The notes below the pieces were generated by a model, which was not told the DNA's origin, searched no databases, and saw only the letters and a list, made by a program, of their open reading frames with translations. Shown piece by piece: positions 6,588-15,004 of a DNA stretch of 64,000 nt. The stretch is taken from NCBI GenBank assembly GCA_027618565.1, contig JAQCEQ010000008.1, positions 688 to 64,687 on the forward strand. The letters are read 5' to 3'. The DNA is from Planctomycetota bacterium. Lineage in GTDB: Bacteria; Planctomycetota; Phycisphaerae; Phycisphaerales; SM1A02. Position numbers and translations under genes: made by a program. Numbering within the stretch: the stretch's first letter is position 1; each line of letters opens with the position of its first letter.

Positions 6588-8591
6588 ATGGCAGCAGTGG
6601 TCGCGCGAATGATGCTGGTCTCGAGGGCGTCCGCGCTGGCGCTGGCGCTGGCTGCGTGCGTCGTCGCCCAGGCATCGCAGGCGACCCAGGGGATCGAAGC
6701 GGCAGAGGTGATCGATGCGCGCACACTCCCCGCCGACCGCCCGCCGCTTCAGGCCAAGAGCATTGGAGTCATCAACGGGATCCGCGGCGCGAGCTGTGCG
6801 GTGGACGCGGCTGGGATCGCGAACCAAGCGGAGTGGCTCGTCGGAGCCGAATCAGGTCTCTGGTCGATTCACGCCGATGGCACGGCCGCGAAGCTGGAAG
6901 GCTGGACCGGTCCCGTCCGCGCGTTGGCTCGATGCCCCGGTTCTGACGGGGGCTTCTGCCTCGCGGTCGATTCCAGGAACCGAGTCCACACCGTCACGAT
7001 CAAAGATGGAGCGGTGGGACTCTCCCTGTCGGTGTCGCCACCGCTCGCCGGCCCCATCACGGCGATTGCGTGTGATGGCGTATCCGAGGAAAAGCCCGCA
7101 TCTCTCACCATCGCCGCGGCGACTCGCGACGGCGTCACGATCTGGGCCGGCGACGGCACCGTGCTCTGGTCGTCAACTCCCGGCGAGGACTTTGGCCGCC
7201 CCGGCGGCCTGGCGTTTGGCGATGATGGCACGCTCTATGTCACCGATGCCGATCGCGCGACGGTCACGGCGTTGGACCGCACCGGAAGAATGCTTGCCCG
7301 TCAAGGCTCTCGCGGGTCATTCCCCGGCCAGTTCAAGGATCCCCGCGGCGTGGCGGTACAGGGAGGTCTGGTGTACCTGGCGGATCGACTCAACCACCGC
7401 ATCGTGAGACTTCGACCGGATCTCTCGTTCACCGACTTCTGGGGCATGCACGCGGTGTGGCCGCGCGCGGCCGATGGTGCCACGCACTATCCCATCGCCG
7501 TGGCGATTTCGCTCGACGGCACGCGCGCGCTGGTCGTGGAGCCTTTCGAGCGGCGGGTGCAGCGGTTCGAGACAGAGCAGGAGCGACTGGCTGGGCTGGT
7601 GATGCCGTCAGTGGATGGCGTGCAGAGCCACTTCGGTCCCTCGGTCGACGCCGCGAATGGAAGGCTTGTCGCGTTTGACCCCGAGGGCGGCGCGATCGTC
7701 GTCTTCCTCCACACGATGGAGCAGCCCGTGCATGTCACCACGATCGGCATGCCCGGGACGCCGATGTCTGTGCAGGACGCCGCCAGGAGAAATCGATCCT
7801 TCAACGAGACCGTGGAAGGCCCGGGTCGCTTTGGGCGAGTCAAGGCACTGGCCATCTCTCCCCAGGGCGACCGCGTGCTGGTCGCGGACGACGCGATGCA
7901 GACGCTGAGCCTGTGGGAGATCGGCCCGACCCCCGAGCCGCTCCGGTTTGATCCGTTCTTGGCACGGCTGCTGCGGGTTGTTCAGTACTCGGCGCTGGAA
8001 ACAGGTCGAGTGGCGGATCTGTCGGCCAGCGGCGACGGCTGGGCGATCCTCTGGTTCGATGAGGTGGTTGATCCGGCCGCGGTCGCCAGGGTCTCGTTCG
8101 TGGATCGCGGGTTGCGTCCCATCTCGGTTCAGCAGGTGCCGCTGGGGGAAGGACCCGCGACGCGAGTGGCCGTGCACGGGGACGAACTCGCTGTGCTCTG
8201 CCCGGTCGCGCAGGAGGTCATCGTCGCAGGCCCCTCAGGAGTCCGCTCGATACACCTTCCCGCGGGGACCGAGCCGACCGATGTGTTTGCGATCGCCGGT
8301 GGATACCTGGTCACGGACGCATCAGAGGACCAATTGCTCGCGTTGGCAGTGGACGGTGCACCCGCCGCCACCCTCGGCTCGACAGGACTGAGCGACGGAC
8401 GATTCTGGTCGCCCGATGCCGTGACGCAGGACGAACTGGGCACCATCGTCGTGGTGGATGGCGGCAACCACCGACTTCAGAAACTCATTCAAGCCGAGGA
8501 CGGTTCGCTCCAGTGGGTCATGACCTTTAGCCTCGGTCGCGTGTACACGCGGCCGCGCAACCTGGACGCTCCGAAGGGAGATGGCGAATGA
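6588..8591 (+). CDS. Secreted NHL-repeat beta-propeller protein
   Basis: An in-frame ATG at 6588 gives the signal peptide MAAVVARMMLVSRASALALALAACVVAQA. NHL-like repeats are present (GLAFGDDGTLYVTDADRATV, FKDPRGVAVQGGLVYLADRLNHRIVRL, GRFWSPDAVTQDELGTIVVVDGGNHRLQKL). The upstream part of track ORF 4992..8591 is antisense to the transporter. Confidence 0.8.
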   Translation: MAAVVARMMLVSRASALALALAACVVAQASQATQGIEAAEVIDARTLPADRPPLQAKSIGVINGIRGASCAVDAAGIANQAEWLVGAESGLWSIHADGTAAKLEGWTGPVRALARCPGSDGGFCLAVDSRNRVHTVTIKDGAVGLSLSVSPPLAGPITAIACDGVSEEKPASLTIAAATRDGVTIWAGDGTVLWSSTPGEDFGRPGGLAFGDDGTLYVTDADRATVTALDRTGRMLARQGSRGSFPGQFKDPRGVAVQGGLVYLADRLNHRIVRLRPDLSFTDFWGMHAVWPRAADGATHYPIAVAISLDGTRALVVEPFERRVQRFETEQERLAGLVMPSVDGVQSHFGPSVDAANGRLVAFDPEGGAIVVFLHTMEQPVHVTTIGMPGTPMSVQDAARRNRSFNETVEGPGRFGRVKALAISPQGDRVLVADDAMQTLSLWEIGPTPEPLRFDPFLARLLRVVQYSALETGRVADLSASGDGWAILWFDEVVDPAAVARVSFVDRGLRPISVQQVPLGEGPATRVAVHGDELAVLCPVAQEVIVAGPSGVRSIHLPAGTEPTDVFAIAGGYLVTDASEDQLLALAVDGAPAATLGSTGLSDGRFWSPDAVTQDELGTIVVVDGGNHRLQKLIQAEDGSLQWVMTFSLGRVYTRPRNLDAPKGDGE

Positions 8592-9112
8592 GAGTGGCGT
8601 CTCGATTCTCGTGTCGGGTGTTGCGGCGCGTGGTCGCTTGCCTCGTGCTCTTGGCACTCTCGTTCCTCCTGGCCTCCTGCGGCGATCCGGGAACCTCCTC
8701 CACCAACGACACCGATGCGCCGCCGGGACCGGAACCGGTCTGGGGCCCGTGGCGCGAAGTGGGTTTACTCATCGACGGCCAGCACGTCCGACTGCGCTAC
8801 GGCCCGTGGCCGATCCCGGTGGGCAAAACCTTCCAGGCACAGGTGGAAGTGATTCCGTCGAACCAGGCCGACGCAGAGTCACTCAACGGGTCGATGTGCA
8901 TCGTGGACGGCACGATGCCGCACCACGGACACGGCATGAACATCCGACCCCCACGCGGGCGACTGGCACACCAGCCGGACGGCAGTCTGCGCGGCCGCGT
9001 CGATGGAGCAATGCTGTTTCACATGCAAGGCAAGTGGCTGGTGTCGGTCGATGTGGTGCGCCCCGACGGCATGATCGACCGCGCCAGCGTGGTCGAGGAT
9101 GTGCAGCCGTGA
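8588..9112 (+). CDS. FixH/YtkA-like domain lipoprotein with His-rich motif
   Basis: Signal peptide plus lipobox (LLASCGD), with DGTMPHHGHGMN...MLFHMQGKWLVSVDV resembling YtkA/FixH-type domains. ATGA overlap with the NHL gene and GTGA overlap with the peroxidase gene. Confidence 0.6.
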   Translation: MRVASRFSCRVLRRVVACLVLLALSFLLASCGDPGTSSTNDTDAPPGPEPVWGPWREVGLLIDGQHVRLRYGPWPIPVGKTFQAQVEVIPSNQADAESLNGSMCIVDGTMPHHGHGMNIRPPRGRLAHQPDGSLRGRVDGAMLFHMQGKWLVSVDVVRPDGMIDRASVVEDVQP

Positions 9113-10329
9113 ACGCGGATCCCGCGATGGCCAGCGTCGGTTCGCGCAGCGCCGTCATCCGGCGCTGGGTGGTCCTGGTCGTCGTGCTGCTCGCCACGCT
9201 GGAACTGGTGCGAGTCGTGCTGGTGCGCCTCCCGTCGGAGCCCCTTTTTCCCGCCGAACTCAAGCGACTCCTCCTCTCGCTCAGCCCGATTCCGGAGGTG
9301 CCGCTCGATCCCACCAATCGACTGGCCGACTCTCCAGCCGCGGCAGCGCTCGGCGAGGCAATCTTCTTCGATCCTCGATTCTCCGCGAACGGCCAGGTGT
9401 CGTGCGCCACATGCCATGATCCCGACCAGGGTTTCACCGATGGTGAACCACTCGCGCGAGGACTTGGCCTCGGCACGAGGAACTCGCCCACCATCATTGA
9501 CGCGGCGCACCAGCGATGGTTCACTTGGGACGGCCGGGCGGATTCGATGTGGGCACAGGCGCTGCACCCATTCCTGTCGCCAGTTGAGATGGGGCTCACG
9601 ATGCAGGATGTCATCGATCGCATCCAGCAAGATCACCAGCTCGCGCAAGCGTTCGGGGCGGCGACGGGTTCACCGATCGGCGAGCAGTCTCTCGCGCAGG
9701 CCTACGCCAATGTCGGCAAGTGCCTCGCGGCCTACGAGCGCACGGTGCGTTCGGAACACAGCAGCTTTGACGACTTCGTGGATGCCGTGCGCGCCGGCGA
9801 CCGCGAGCGCGCAGACCGCTACCCAGCACCCGCCCGGCGCGGCCTGGAGATCTTCCTGGGCAAGGCCGGCTGCGTCCGCTGCCACCACGGCGCGGTCTTG
9901 TCGGATGGCGAGTTCCACCTCGTCGGTGTGCCAGACTCGACGGGGCAACTTCCCCAGGATGTTGGTCGCCTCCAGGCGATCGAAGTGGTGCAGTCAGATC
10001 AATTCAATGCCGCCGGGCCCCACAGCGATGCCCCCGACGGCGAGCAGGCGCACCTCACGATGGCGCTCATCAAGCAGCCGGAGCTGTGGGGTGCGGTGCG
10101 GACGCCCTCCCTTCGGAGCGCCTGGGCGACCGCGCCCTACATGCACGCGGGGCAGTTGGCCACGCTGGAAGAGGTGGTGCACTTCTATAACACGCTGGAA
10201 GGTGCCGTCACCCTGGATCACCATGCGGAACGCATGCTGGCGCCGCTGGGACTGGCGCCTGAGGAAGAGGCGGATCTGGTCGCCTTTCTTCGGTCGCTCC
10301 AGCCTCGAACGCCCGCGCACGACGGCTAA
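9109..10329 (+). CDS. Di-heme cytochrome c peroxidase / MauG family protein
   Basis: Two CxxCH motifs (CATCH, CVRCH) and the family segment VRTPSLRSAWATAPYMHAGQLATLEEVVHFYN. Start is GTG at 9109 (overlaps the upstream stop) or ATG at 9127. Confidence 0.9.
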   Translation: MNADPAMASVGSRSAVIRRWVVLVVVLLATLELVRVVLVRLPSEPLFPAELKRLLLSLSPIPEVPLDPTNRLADSPAAAALGEAIFFDPRFSANGQVSCATCHDPDQGFTDGEPLARGLGLGTRNSPTIIDAAHQRWFTWDGRADSMWAQALHPFLSPVEMGLTMQDVIDRIQQDHQLAQAFGAATGSPIGEQSLAQAYANVGKCLAAYERTVRSEHSSFDDFVDAVRAGDRERADRYPAPARRGLEIFLGKAGCVRCHHGAVLSDGEFHLVGVPDSTGQLPQDVGRLQAIEVVQSDQFNAAGPHSDAPDGEQAHLTMALIKQPELWGAVRTPSLRSAWATAPYMHAGQLATLEEVVHFYNTLEGAVTLDHHAERMLAPLGLAPEEEADLVAFLRSLQPRTPAHDG

Positions 10330-10366
10330 GAGCTGCAAACTTCCGTCGATTTGGTCATCGAATTTC

Positions 10367-10394
10367 TTGATCACTGCCAAGATTGGGATAGACT
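10367..10394 (+). promoter_or_regulatory. Putative promoter of the first choice-of-anchor-B gene
   Basis: AT-rich spacer with TTGATC(10367-10372)-N16-TAGACT(10389-10394)-N6-ATG(10401). No Shine-Dalgarno sequence fits in the 6 nt. Confidence 0.3.
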
Positions 10395-10400
10395 CACTCC

Positions 10401-12671
10401 ATGCTCCACGACTCAAGGCTGGCTGTCGTTGTAGGCGCGCTTTTTGTCTCGTGCGCCAGTGCGTTCTTGGTTCCAGCGCTCGCCCACGAGGATGACCCGA
10501 AGTGGCAGGGGCGTGAGGAGTCCTTCAAGGGGCCGATCTACCGCGCCGGTCAATCCGACGGCGGCATCGCGGGCACCTTTGAGTCGAACGGTATGAGCCT
10601 GCTCAGCTGGTTCCCGCTCAACACGCTCTCTGCCGGCGCCACGTCCGGCAACGACTGCTGGGGATACACGACCCCAACGGGTCGCGAGATCGCCATGATC
10701 GGGCTCTCCAACGGAACCGCGTTCGTTAACGTGACCAATCCGACGCAGGCGTACCAGATCGGCTTCGTCGCCGGCCCCACCAGCCTGTGGCGCGACATCA
10801 AGGTCTACGACAAGTACGCCTACATCGTCAGCGAGGGCGGCAGTGGGGTCCAGGTGGTCTCGTTGATCAGCGCGGACTCCGGAGTCGTCGGGCTGGTCAA
10901 CACCGTGACGGTCGGCGGTGTCGCCTCCACCCACAATGTGGCGCTCAACACCAACAGTGGGTTCCTGTACCGGTGCGGGGGTGCAAGCAACACGGGGCTC
11001 CGCATCTACGACCTCAACCAGTCCAAGACGGCTCCGCCGTTCGTAGGCGAGTGGAGCGACCGGTATGTGCACGATGCGCAAGTCGTCAACTACACCACCG
11101 GTCCCTACGCCGGCAAGGAAGTGGCCTTCTGCTGCGCTGGCTTCAACAACGGCTCCGGCTCCACCGGCCTGTACATCGTCGACGTGACCAACAAGGCGGC
11201 GCCCGTCCTGATGGGTTCGCTGCTGTATCCCAATGCGGCGTACAGCCACCAGGGATGGCTGAGCGAGGATCGCACGCTCTTCTATCTTGGCGACGAGTTG
11301 GACGAGGGATCGACCGTCGCGAACAGCACGGTGGTCGTCATCAACGTGACCGACTTGGCCAACCCCACCTTCGTGGCGTCACGCAACAACGGCAACACGG
11401 CGATCACGCACAACTTCTATACCGACAACGGGATGCTCTACTGCGCCAACTATCGATCTGGCGTTCGCATCTTCGAGCCAGCCGCCGGCGGCAACCTGAT
11501 CGAGCGCGCGTGGTTTGACACCTACCCAGGATCAGATGCGGCCTCGTTCAATGGCTTGTGGAGCGTCTATCCGTACTTCCAGAGCGGGATCGTCATCGGC
11601 AGCGACCTCGAGCGCGGTCTTTTTGTCTGGCGTGTGGGACCGGAGCCAATCCAGTTCAGCTTCCCGGAACCGCTGCCAGAATTGATCCCGCCATCGGGCA
11701 CGTCGATCAACGTGAACCTGGAACTCCAGCCCGGCGTCATCGTGGTGCCCAGCAGCGAGCGGCTTCTCGTGACCATCAACGGTGTCGAAACTTCCTACCC
11801 GATGCAGCAACTGGGCGCCACCTCGTACCGCGCCAATGTCCCGGCGCAGGCGTGTGGTACCGAGGGTGGCTTGGCCTTCCGCGCGCAGGAGGGCGGTGGC
11901 GAGGTGTTTCGATTCCCCGACGTTGGCTCAGTCGACGTGGTGTGGGCCACCGGCACCGCCGTGGGATATGAGAACACGCTTGAGTCCGGCAGCGCGGGTT
12001 GGACCATCGGCGGCACCGGTGACGCCGCCACCTCCGGCGTCTGGGTGCTGGTCAATCCCAACGGGACCGCCGCGCAGCCCGAAGACGACCACACCGCCAA
12101 CGGCACGCAGTGCTTCGTGACGGGGCAGGGATCGATCGGTGGGGCGGTCGGGACGGACGATGTCGATGGGGGCCAGACCACGCTCACATCACCGGCGATG
12201 GACGCCACGATCGTCTCGAACCCGATCCTCTCCTTCTGGTACGCCTTCAACAATTCGGGTGGCAGCAACCCGGGCGAGGACCCGTTCACGGTGGATCTCT
12301 CGGGCAACAACGGCTCGACGTGGACCAATGCGCTCACGACGCTGGTCACGACCGCCGGATGGACCGAGCACCGCGTGGACATCGCCTCGGTAATGACGCC
12401 TACAGCCACCATGAAGTTGCGATTTCGGACAACCGATGCCGGCGTCGGTGGCTCCATTGTCGAAGCGGCGATCGATGACCTGTCGATCATCGGATTCGAG
12501 TGCGAGGAACCATCGATCCCCGGTGACGTGAACGGCGATGGCATCGTCGATGGACAGGACCTCGCCGGCTTGCTCGGGGCATGGGGTTCTTCGCTGCCCG
12601 CCGCAGATTTCAATGGTGACGGCGTTGTGGACGGCGTCGATCTTGCTTCCCTCGTCGCCAACTGGGGCTGA
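10401..12671 (+). CDS. Secreted LVIVD-repeat / choice-of-anchor-B family propeller with MAM-like domain and C-terminal twin dockerin-like module (paralog 1)
   Basis: Signal peptide, HEDDPKW...NDCWGYTTPTGREIAMIGLSNGTAFVNVTNP...WRDIKVYDKYAYIVSEGG family core, a jelly-roll-like region (QPEDDHTANGTQCFVTGQG...AAIDDLSI), and a tail GDVNGDGIVDGQDLAGLLGAWG...FNGDGVVDGVDLASLVANWG. Confidence 0.8.
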   Translation: MLHDSRLAVVVGALFVSCASAFLVPALAHEDDPKWQGREESFKGPIYRAGQSDGGIAGTFESNGMSLLSWFPLNTLSAGATSGNDCWGYTTPTGREIAMIGLSNGTAFVNVTNPTQAYQIGFVAGPTSLWRDIKVYDKYAYIVSEGGSGVQVVSLISADSGVVGLVNTVTVGGVASTHNVALNTNSGFLYRCGGASNTGLRIYDLNQSKTAPPFVGEWSDRYVHDAQVVNYTTGPYAGKEVAFCCAGFNNGSGSTGLYIVDVTNKAAPVLMGSLLYPNAAYSHQGWLSEDRTLFYLGDELDEGSTVANSTVVVINVTDLANPTFVASRNNGNTAITHNFYTDNGMLYCANYRSGVRIFEPAAGGNLIERAWFDTYPGSDAASFNGLWSVYPYFQSGIVIGSDLERGLFVWRVGPEPIQFSFPEPLPELIPPSGTSINVNLELQPGVIVVPSSERLLVTINGVETSYPMQQLGATSYRANVPAQACGTEGGLAFRAQEGGGEVFRFPDVGSVDVVWATGTAVGYENTLESGSAGWTIGGTGDAATSGVWVLVNPNGTAAQPEDDHTANGTQCFVTGQGSIGGAVGTDDVDGGQTTLTSPAMDATIVSNPILSFWYAFNNSGGSNPGEDPFTVDLSGNNGSTWTNALTTLVTTAGWTEHRVDIASVMTPTATMKLRFRTTDAGVGGSIVEAAIDDLSIIGFECEEPSIPGDVNGDGIVDGQDLAGLLGAWGSSLPAADFNGDGVVDGVDLASLVANWG

Positions 12672-12683
12672 CCCTTGACACCC

Positions 12684-14954
12684 ATGAAGAGGTTTGCAAT
12701 CGCATCGGGAACCGCCGTGGGACTCCTGTCGTGCTTCGTCCTGGCCCACGAGGACGATCCCAAGTGGCAGCACCGGGAGGCGCCATTCAACGGCCCGATC
12801 TGGCGTGCCAACGGCGTCACAAACGGCCTCGCGGGTGACGGCGGCGTCGCAGGCGCAGATTTCGACTCATCCGGCGTGGCGCTCCTGAGCTGGTTTCCGC
12901 TCAACACGCTTTCCTCCGGCGCCAACAGCGGCAATGACTGCTGGGGGTATGTGACGCCGCAGGGAAAGGAGATTGCGATCATCGGTTTGTCCAACGGCAC
13001 GGCCTTCGTGGATGTCACCGATCCGATCAACGCCTTCCAGATCGGTTTCATCTCCGGCCCCACCAGCCTGTGGCGTGACATCAAGGTCTTTGGGACGCAT
13101 GCCTACGCCGTGAGCGAAGGCGGGCAGGGGATCCAAGTCATCAACCTTGCCAACGCGGACCAGGGGCAGGTGTCGTTGACCGGAACCGTCACCTCGGGTG
13201 GCGGCCAGTCCACGCACAACGTGGCTCTCAACACGCAGAGCGGGTACCTCTACCGTTGCGGCGGCGGGAGCAATGTTGGCCTGCGGATGTACAACCTCAA
13301 CCAGTCGGCAACCAACCCGCCGTTCGCAGGCGAGTGGAGCGACCGGTATGTGCACGATGCGCAAGTCGTCAACTACACCAGCGGCCCCTACGCCGGCAAG
13401 GAAGTGGCCTTCTGCTGCGCTGGCTTCAACAACGGGTCCGGTTCCACGGGGTTGTACATCGTTGATGTCACCAACAAGGCGGCGCCGGTCCTCATGGGCT
13501 CCGTGCTCTACCCTCACGCGGCCTACTCGCATCAGGGGTGGCTCTCCGAGGATCGAAAGTGGTTCTACCTCGGTGACGAGCTGGACGAGGGCGACACCGT
13601 CGCCTACAGCACCGTGGTGGTGATCGATGTCTCCGACCTCACGGACCCGCGCTACCTGGTCGGCCGCCACAACGGCAACACGGCGATCACGCACAACTTC
13701 TACACGCACCTGGGCAAGCTCTTCTGCGCCAACTATCGATCGGGCCTGCGCGTCTTTGACATCTTGGGCAACGGCTCGCAACTCTCCGAGATTGCCTATT
13801 TAGACACCTATCCAGGATCGGATGCGGCGGCGTTCAATGGCTTGTGGGGCGTCTACCCGTACTTCCCGAGCGGCACCGTGATCGGCAGCGACCTTGAGCG
13901 CGGGCTCTTCGTGATGCGCGTCGGTCCCGATCCCATCCAGTTCTCCTTTCCGGTTGCGGTGCCGGACCTCCTCAATCCCGAGGGGCAGTCGATCGATGTC
14001 GATCTCATCCTCGTCCCGGGGCACGCCATTGTTCCTGGCTCCGCCGTGGTGACCGTGGCGTACAAGGATGTCACGGAGGACGTCGCGCTGGTACCCGTCT
14101 CGGGGACCCGGTATCGCGCCGACCTGCCTGCGATCGCTTGCGGCCTCGCCGGCTCCATCCAGTTCATCGCACAGGACACCACGGGCGAATGGATGCGATG
14201 GCCACGCAACGAATCCCATCCCGTGACCTGGGCCGAGTCGATCGATTCCATCCTTGAGGATTCCCTCGAGTCCGGGGCTCTTGGCTGGGTTGCGGGTTAC
14301 GCAGGGGACACCGCCGTGTCTGGGAAGTGGACCCTGGTGGACCCCGTCGGGACCGGCGCACAGCCCGAAGACGACCACTCGCCGACAGGCACGAAGTGCT
14401 TCGTCACGGGGCAGGGGCTGCCCGGCGGTGCGGACGGCGCCAATGACATCGATACTGGATTCACCACACTGGTCTCGCCGGCCTTCAATGCCGTGACCAT
14501 TCCCGACCCAGTCATTTCGTTCTGGTACTGGCTCAGCAGCGACACGGGAGCAAACCCCAACAGTGACCCGTTCCGAGTGGATCTGTCCTTTGACAACGGG
14601 ACGATCTGGACGACCGCGTTCGAAACCACGCAAAGCACCGGTGGCTGGCAACAGTGCAACATCCGCATCCGCGACACTGGCCCTCCTTCATTGGCGATGC
14701 GCGCACGATTCGTCGCTTCCGATGTTGGGCTCCCGTCCACCGTGGAAGCGGCGGTGGATGACTTCCGAATCGACGGCCTGACTTGCCCTGGCGCGTTGGT
14801 TCCCGGCGACCTCGATGGCGATGGGGTCGTCGGTGGGACCGACCTGAGCATCGTGCTCGGGTCCTGGGGGTCGTCGGATCCCGCAGCGGATGTCGATGCG
14901 AGCGGAGTCGTCGACGGCGCTGATCTCGCGATCCTCATGGTCAACTGGGATTGA
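12684..14954 (+). CDS. Secreted LVIVD-repeat / choice-of-anchor-B family propeller with MAM-like domain and twin dockerin-like module (paralog 2)
   Basis: Collinear with the upstream paralog over its whole length. ATG at 12684 is preferred over the track's TTG at 12675. Confidence 0.8.
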   Translation: MKRFAIASGTAVGLLSCFVLAHEDDPKWQHREAPFNGPIWRANGVTNGLAGDGGVAGADFDSSGVALLSWFPLNTLSSGANSGNDCWGYVTPQGKEIAIIGLSNGTAFVDVTDPINAFQIGFISGPTSLWRDIKVFGTHAYAVSEGGQGIQVINLANADQGQVSLTGTVTSGGGQSTHNVALNTQSGYLYRCGGGSNVGLRMYNLNQSATNPPFAGEWSDRYVHDAQVVNYTSGPYAGKEVAFCCAGFNNGSGSTGLYIVDVTNKAAPVLMGSVLYPHAAYSHQGWLSEDRKWFYLGDELDEGDTVAYSTVVVIDVSDLTDPRYLVGRHNGNTAITHNFYTHLGKLFCANYRSGLRVFDILGNGSQLSEIAYLDTYPGSDAAAFNGLWGVYPYFPSGTVIGSDLERGLFVMRVGPDPIQFSFPVAVPDLLNPEGQSIDVDLILVPGHAIVPGSAVVTVAYKDVTEDVALVPVSGTRYRADLPAIACGLAGSIQFIAQDTTGEWMRWPRNESHPVTWAESIDSILEDSLESGALGWVAGYAGDTAVSGKWTLVDPVGTGAQPEDDHSPTGTKCFVTGQGLPGGADGANDIDTGFTTLVSPAFNAVTIPDPVISFWYWLSSDTGANPNSDPFRVDLSFDNGTIWTTAFETTQSTGGWQQCNIRIRDTGPPSLAMRARFVASDVGLPSTVEAAVDDFRIDGLTCPGALVPGDLDGDGVVGGTDLSIVLGSWGSSDPAADVDASGVVDGADLAILMVNWD

Positions 14955-15004
14955 GTGCGTGGGAGCGGACGGCGAGGGGAGATGGGCTCACCTATAGTGG
15001 CTTG

